From IMG/VR virus record IMGVR_UViG_3300027608_000017: DNA of 20,704 bases. The stretch is one strand, 5' to 3'. The DNA comes from a virus. Its lineage: Duplodnaviria; Heunggongvirae; Uroviricota; Caudoviricetes. Positions 15,754 through 20,704 of this stretch are shown piece by piece (within the stretch, counting starts at the first letter, position 1; every line of letters begins with the position of its first letter). The position numbers were made by a program, and so were the translations under genes. The notes under the pieces are model-generated. The model did no database searches and had not been told where the DNA came from. It saw nothing but the letters and a program-made list of their open reading frames with translations.

Positions 15754-17493
15754 TTGACCGCCGCTGCCCCCAACTTCGGAATCGCCTACGCCTCACTTGG
15801 TGGCCAGCCCATCGTCACGGCGCGGAGCGCGATCCAGTCGTTCGACAAGCAGGACTGGGACGAGTCCGTCTTCGAGGGCCGCGCCAATTCGTTCACGTCA
15901 CCCCTCGGCGAAGAGTACGGCTATGGCAAAGTTCTGATGATACGGTCCAGTCTGGACGTGCTGGACACGACCACACGCTACAAGCTGAAGTTTGGCGTCG
16001 GGCAGGAAGGCAATGAGATCGAGCTGGACGGCATCTACATTCGCAAGGCCAAGCGAATCAGCCCCGGAGTCGCCCACGAAGACAAGGCGCTCTATCTCGT
16101 CGATCTCGTGGACACCCGGTACAAGCTGGCCAAGCTGCGCAAGAATGGCGTCTATCAGTTCAACTGCCGCCGGACGGGCGGGACGGCCGACAGCTACGAC
16201 GAGGCCACGCTCGACAACACCTATCCCCCGGCACGAGCATGGACCTGGATTCGTGTGATCGAGCATCTCTGGGGTCTACTGAACACCGAAGACCCCTCCC
16301 TGATCGGCACGTTCAGCGCCCATCCAAACGTGGACCTGCTGGAGGACTTCAATTATCCAGACGAAATCCTCCCCGAGAACCTGCGGTACGATGGCCTGTC
16401 GCTGTGGGAAGCCCTGAACGATGTGGTGCGCCGCGTCGGCTGCGCCATCGTGTTCGACAACGCCTTCGTCCACAACTTCTTTCTCGTGCGGCTGGGAAGC
16501 ATTGGTGGCGGCGTCTACCCAGAAGACGTGCCGCAGTTCCACAGCCAAGGCGGCTCGAAGGTCACGGTCACGAGCGCCAGTACGGCCTATTGGTCCGCCG
16601 GAAACACGACCCGCATACTCGGGGACGGGCTGTTTGCCGACGACGAGGTGTTGCAGGGCGAGTTAGTCGTTCCCAACATTATTGATGTCATGTTCCCGAC
16701 CTCCTTCGACGATCAGGCGTCCGGCGAACTGACGAGCGAGTACGGCCGCTGGTATCCCAAGTCCATCACCGGAGCGACGCTGCCCGCGACGGACTATTGC
16801 GACATGGGCGGCCGCGTGCCGCTCCCCTCCAATAACCCCTTCAGCCGCCACATCGTCTACGAGACCAAGCACGCCCGATTTGCTGCGGCTGCGGACACGA
16901 CGCCCAACAACGACGCGGACCTCGATCTACGGGCCAGAAAGATCGCCGAGGACGTGTACCGCACGCTCGTGGACTGTGCCGGTGCCCACGTCTCCTACGC
17001 GGGCATCCACTACGACGACGACAGCAACCCCACGATCCCCGGCAAGACGGTCTCGGAAGTGACCTGGGGCGACTTCGGCAACGGCCTGCGGACGGACATC
17101 TATCGCTCCCCGCCCGACCTGATGCCCACCAAGCGCCCCATCCGTGTCCTCGACGCTAAAGGCGGCGTCGGCGGCAAAATCTGGTTCAAGGTGATCTCCA
17201 TCTCCATCTACTACTGGGAGTTGCCGGGTTGCGAATACATCAGGGCGGAAGTGACTCAGAAGTCGTGTGACGCCAACGTAAACATTGGCGATATAGTTTA
17301 CATTTTCGACCCGTTTTTCTGCTGGTTCAACCTGCCGATTGCCATCATGATGCGAATCACCGGGACCGCCACGTTCGCGGAAAACGGCTTCTGGGACGGC
17401 GTGACCCCGCTCGTGTGTGGCGTCACTCCCGGCAAGTGCTTCTGGTCGGTGGATAGCGTCTGCTGTCTGGAGGAAGACTATGGCGCGTTCTAG
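15754..17493 (+). CDS. Putative tail hub/baseplate protein (579 aa) with Cys-bearing C-terminal segment
   Basis: TTG start with GAGG 8 nt upstream. LRYDGLSLWEALNDVVRRVGCAIVFD resembles hub/late-control-D segments. Ends with VCGVTPGKCFWSVDSVCCLEE. Confidence 0.55.
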   Translation: MTAAAPNFGIAYASLGGQPIVTARSAIQSFDKQDWDESVFEGRANSFTSPLGEEYGYGKVLMIRSSLDVLDTTTRYKLKFGVGQEGNEIELDGIYIRKAKRISPGVAHEDKALYLVDLVDTRYKLAKLRKNGVYQFNCRRTGGTADSYDEATLDNTYPPARAWTWIRVIEHLWGLLNTEDPSLIGTFSAHPNVDLLEDFNYPDEILPENLRYDGLSLWEALNDVVRRVGCAIVFDNAFVHNFFLVRLGSIGGGVYPEDVPQFHSQGGSKVTVTSASTAYWSAGNTTRILGDGLFADDEVLQGELVVPNIIDVMFPTSFDDQASGELTSEYGRWYPKSITGATLPATDYCDMGGRVPLPSNNPFSRHIVYETKHARFAAAADTTPNNDADLDLRARKIAEDVYRTLVDCAGAHVSYAGIHYDDDSNPTIPGKTVSEVTWGDFGNGLRTDIYRSPPDLMPTKRPIRVLDAKGGVGGKIWFKVISISIYYWELPGCEYIRAEVTQKSCDANVNIGDIVYIFDPFFCWFNLPIAIMMRITGTATFAENGFWDGVTPLVCGVTPGKCFWSVDSVCCLEEDYGAF

Positions 17494-19354
17494 GCCGCTG
17501 ATTTCAGATGGGTCAGACCCGATTGTCGGTGGCCCCAAGTGTCTTTCACATCACGCGGGAGTTAGCACAGGCATTGAAGATTGGTGTTGCTGCTGCAATC
17601 CCTGTCTCTATACCCGACCCATCAGCTTGCAGAACCCCTGCCGCTGTGTGCCGAAGCTGCTCTGTTTCGTGTTCCGTGGTGATGCCGGTCAGCGACCTTG
17701 CTGTGATGAAATCACGCTGCACGCATTCGCCAGCCTCCGAGGCACCATATTTACATACTACTCTGTAACATTTTCCGGGGGTGTTGATATCGTGCTGTCA
17801 ATCGGCAGCGATTGTAAACTCGCGTCTACGGCAGCAGAGATATCTGACGGTAATCCGGCGTTCTGGAAACTCCACTCCACCGCGTTAGGGATCGACGAAA
17901 CGTACAGGATTGACGGCAGCATCACGACGTGCCTAGCCCCTCCTCCTATCTCAATTGCCGGAGTCACAATAGAGACGGACACTGGCCCATGTGTAGGTAC
18001 GGTCACGCTGGAGTCATATAGATCAGTCAAGCTCCCGTTCAACCGAATAGACCGGCTTCCGAACGTAGATATTGCCATCCCGCCACGTACCGATCCACTT
18101 TGCAAGTGTGATTTTGCAGCTAAGACGCTGTGCGTCTGGGGTGTACGGAAACATAATCAGCCAGACGAAGGCGTCGAGTTTGTGTGGGACGAAGCCCTGA
18201 ACGACCGCTGGACCTACTCTCCGCCATGCGGCGGCTTGCTATCTCAAGAGCATATCTACCTCCGAGGCGATGTTGACGGGAACTGTTATTTAGAGCTTGA
18301 TTTCGTGCAGTCTGGCGACACGACCAACGACTGGGCTGTTCCGCCAAACTCATTCGACGGCAACAATCCGCACGACATTCGACCGGGGATGCTACGGGTT
18401 GAGTCCTGCGTCTGCGGGTTATTCGTCAGCGACTACAAAGGACAACTAGACGACAACAGGCGAGTCGTCATCACTGGCGGATACTGCGAAAGGTATATGT
18501 ACAGCCACTGTGATAAGTGCCGTTGCGTTCCCGAGAAGTTGTGTGCTTGGGGTAGCATCGACGGCGAAGTTTTTCAGGGCCAACTGACGTGGGACGGCGA
18601 AAAGTGGGCCAGTGCTGGCACGGCCTACATAGCCCCGTTTTCGTTGATCCTAGAGAAGGGCGACTGCTCTGGTTTGCCCTCTGGTAGACCTGATCCTAAG
18701 ACCTGCGGGCTTCGAGCTGGCGGCACATTTCTTGTGCCGTTTAACAAGGGAACAATCACCGAATGTGGGCCGCGTTTGTCGTTTGACCTGTCGGCTGGAT
18801 TTGATCCAGCACACCCCACTATTCACAACTTCTTGTTCGGGAGGGCAAGCCTCTGTGGCGGCTGCAAAGAGAACCAATGTGGACCATGCCTAATGCGGTG
18901 CGGTGGCCCGCCGCAGGTAATTTACGCAGACTTCGAGGCAGTCGTCTCACGGGGTCACTATCCCTACGATGACCCCACAATGCCGCCGGTAATGGACCCG
19001 GACGAACTCTGCACCATCCAAGTGCAACTGATGTACTATACGAGATGGATGGGCTCGTCTTTAGGGTGCGGCTACATGGGAACTGTGCTGATACCCGGTG
19101 GAGGTATATTTATCGTCGAATGGAGCTTCACTCCGCTGGACTTATGGTCACTAACTAGGATTAGCCCTACCGGAGTCACGCAGACTCAACTTGGTCTTTC
19201 TATTACATGGCCTTATCAGGTGTGCGATCCAATGGAATGGGTCAGCCCTTGGCAGACAGCCTACCTTATGGCTCGCCTTTGTGCGTGGGGACCAGAGGTT
19301 GAGGATCATCCCATCATCGCCATTAGCAAATGGCGAGTAACGGTCACGGAGTAA
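17480..19354 (+). CDS. Cys-rich modular protein, putative tail-tip/receptor-binding (624 aa; start ATG 17480)
   Basis: GGAGGA upstream of ATG 17480, overlapping the hub gene end. About 38 Cys by hand count. Repeated CxC-x(4-6)-LC-x-W/F modules. Confidence 0.75.
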   Translation: MARSRPLISDGSDPIVGGPKCLSHHAGVSTGIEDWCCCCNPCLYTRPISLQNPCRCVPKLLCFVFRGDAGQRPCCDEITLHAFASLRGTIFTYYSVTFSGGVDIVLSIGSDCKLASTAAEISDGNPAFWKLHSTALGIDETYRIDGSITTCLAPPPISIAGVTIETDTGPCVGTVTLESYRSVKLPFNRIDRLPNVDIAIPPRTDPLCKCDFAAKTLCVWGVRKHNQPDEGVEFVWDEALNDRWTYSPPCGGLLSQEHIYLRGDVDGNCYLELDFVQSGDTTNDWAVPPNSFDGNNPHDIRPGMLRVESCVCGLFVSDYKGQLDDNRRVVITGGYCERYMYSHCDKCRCVPEKLCAWGSIDGEVFQGQLTWDGEKWASAGTAYIAPFSLILEKGDCSGLPSGRPDPKTCGLRAGGTFLVPFNKGTITECGPRLSFDLSAGFDPAHPTIHNFLFGRASLCGGCKENQCGPCLMRCGGPPQVIYADFEAVVSRGHYPYDDPTMPPVMDPDELCTIQVQLMYYTRWMGSSLGCGYMGTVLIPGGGIFIVEWSFTPLDLWSLTRISPTGVTQTQLGLSITWPYQVCDPMEWVSPWQTAYLMARLCAWGPEVEDHPIIAISKWRVTVTE

Positions 19355-19357
19355 ATC

Positions 19358-20704
19358 ATGGGTGATTGCGATGAGTTTTTTCCCGGTAGCCGACGCCGAC
19401 AAATCTGCGAAGGGCAGTCCGAGTTGCCGATCGACACGGTAAACAAATTCCGCGTGATGTGGGGTAAGGAGCCGTTTGGATTAGGGGACGACGGCAAAAC
19501 GTACACCCTAAAAGAATCCAGCGGTGTGGTTGTGCGAATTGTTCCCCGAACAGCAGACGCGGCAACCGGTGCCGCCTGCTGTGGAAGAAACAACAGGACG
19601 CCCGAGCCAATCCGTAGAATGGTGGACGGGACTGGAGTTGGTGGACGATTGATCGAGATGTTCAAGGCTGCGGGTTTCGAGTCCTGCCAAGCCTGTTACG
19701 ACCTCGCCGCGAGAATGAATGCGTGGGGACCAGAAGGCTGCACCACGAATATGAGCGTGATCGTCGCTGACATCCTGCCACGGGCGTTGGCGTGGGAGAG
19801 CAGCAAGGTCGGCTGGTGGGCCAAGCTCCTCCCCGAAGCCGTTACGGAAGCCGCAATCAAGTTGATGGTCGAGCAGGCGATAGCGACCGCCAAGCCGCTG
19901 GAGTGGACAATTGACGCTCCAGCACCTACGGGACCAAGGCAACGACCACGGGTCGTCCCTACGGCACCGGTCGTGTCGCTACAGACCGACCGCAAGATCG
20001 GAACCGTCACCCAGCCAGCAGAAATCGCGAAGCAAGACGGTTGGTGGAATGATGCGGACGTGCAACAGCAACACCGTGACCGAGCGACGAGATTCATCAA
20101 GACGATCCCGCGATACCCGGACCACTTTGAGGGGCGAGGCATCGTCATCACGGGAGGCGGAAAATACTTCGTCTCGGCCTACATCACGATCCGAGTCATC
20201 CGGCACGTTGACTGCAAGCTGCCCATCGAACTCTGGTATCTCGACGGCGAGATGGACGACGAGATGGTCGGCATGGTGGCCGAGTACGGTGTCACCTGTC
20301 ACAACGCGAGCGAGCTTGCACGAGGCACGGGCTACTTCCTTGACCACTGGTGGAAGGGGTGGCAGCTTAAAGCGTTCGCGTTGCTGCACTCTTCATTCAG
20401 GGAAGTGTTGATGCTGGATGCCGACAGCTACCCGGTTCGCGATCCTTCTTTCGTCTTCGACTGGCCGGAGTACCTCAAAACGGGAGCGATTATCTGGCCG
20501 GATATTGGATCAAGTGCGAGATTGTTCCCACCACTTGCCGCTCGTGTTCTCGGTGTGCCTCAGTTCACGGAAGGGTCAGCAGAATCAGGGCAGTTGGTGT
20601 TCAACAAAGAGTTGACATGGCAGGCGTTGTGTTTGGCGAAACATTACAACGCCGATGCGGATTACATGTACCACATCGTTTACGGTGACAAGGACACTTT
20701 CCCT
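19358..20704 (+). CDS. Fusion protein: Cys-motif N-terminal domain plus GT71/Mannosyl_trans3-like glycosyltransferase; 3' truncated (449 codons visible; not in ORF track)
   Basis: ATG 19358, 3 nt after the previous TAA, open to the window end. Motifs GRGIVITGGGKY (from 20132), LPIELWY, KAFALLHSSFREVLMLDADSYP (DxD at 20417-20425), AIIWPD, ESGQLVFNK and YGDKDTF (GDKDTF at 20684-20701) are characteristic of MNN1/MNN2-type mannosyltransferases. Confidence 0.88.
   Translation, partial: MGDCDEFFPGSRRRQICEGQSELPIDTVNKFRVMWGKEPFGLGDDGKTYTLKESSGVVVRIVPRTADAATGAACCGRNNRTPEPIRRMVDGTGVGGRLIEMFKAAGFESCQACYDLAARMNAWGPEGCTTNMSVIVADILPRALAWESSKVGWWAKLLPEAVTEAAIKLMVEQAIATAKPLEWTIDAPAPTGPRQRPRVVPTAPVVSLQTDRKIGTVTQPAEIAKQDGWWNDADVQQQHRDRATRFIKTIPRYPDHFEGRGIVITGGGKYFVSAYITIRVIRHVDCKLPIELWYLDGEMDDEMVGMVAEYGVTCHNASELARGTGYFLDHWWKGWQLKAFALLHSSFREVLMLDADSYPVRDPSFVFDWPEYLKTGAIIWPDIGSSARLFPPLAARVLGVPQFTEGSAESGQLVFNKELTWQALCLAKHYNADADYMYHIVYGDKDTFP

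Larger units (their letters stand above)
1..20704. mobile_element. Tailed phage/prophage region (head and tail morphogenesis plus accessory genes), probable Planctomycetota host; ends not in window
   Basis: Recognisable protease/scaffold, decoration, major capsid, head-tail adaptor, portal, frameshifting chaperone and tape-measure motif genes, plus phoH. Host is inferred from the DUF1580-like gene. No integrase or att pair seen, so prophage versus free phage is unresolved. Confidence 0.9.

Noticed and set aside
2343-17493. Calling the element a GTA, tailocin or contractile injection system
   Set aside because: Capsid and portal genes exclude a tailocin, no sheath is seen, and phoH with small phage-like ORFs favours a true phage. 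GTA status cannot be judged from one window.
17480-20704. Diversity-generating retroelement target hypothesis for the Cys-rich gene
   Set aside because: No template/variable repeat pair with adenine-specific mismatches and no reverse transcriptase seen in the window.
1-20704. CRISPR array, tRNA/rRNA, integrase, or recoded stop codons
   Set aside because: No regularly spaced repeats, cloverleaf or recombinase motifs. TAA, TAG and TGA all terminate genes that are immediately followed by new starts.

Overview
GC-rich segment of a tailed phage or prophage, probably infecting a planctomycete (inferred from a DUF1580-like HTH gene). Left end, minus strand: a truncated phoH, two small hypothetical genes and a DUF1580-like HTH gene. 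From about 2.3 kb a plus-strand morphogenesis region follows: Mu gpI-like protease/scaffold, gpD-like decoration protein, lambda gpE-like major capsid protein, terminator, Mu gp36-like adaptor, neck genes, probable tail tube, tape-measure-like protein and a 621-aa tail protein. A minus-strand two-gene ParB-like cassette then interrupts it, bracketed by a 28-nt direct repeat. After it come a tail assembly chaperone with a -1 slippery site, a displaced DUF935-like portal, a hub-like tail protein, a lower-GC Cys-rich modular protein, and an ORF missing from the supplied track (19358 to the window end). That ORF fuses a Cys-motif domain to a GT71 (fungal MNN-type) mannosyltransferase domain. The best candidate for a novel system is this Cys-rich tail tip plus GT71 module, possibly for virion or host-surface glycosylation. 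No terminase, integrase, sheath, lysis gene, tRNA or CRISPR array was seen. All family calls are motif recognition by eye; no database search was run.
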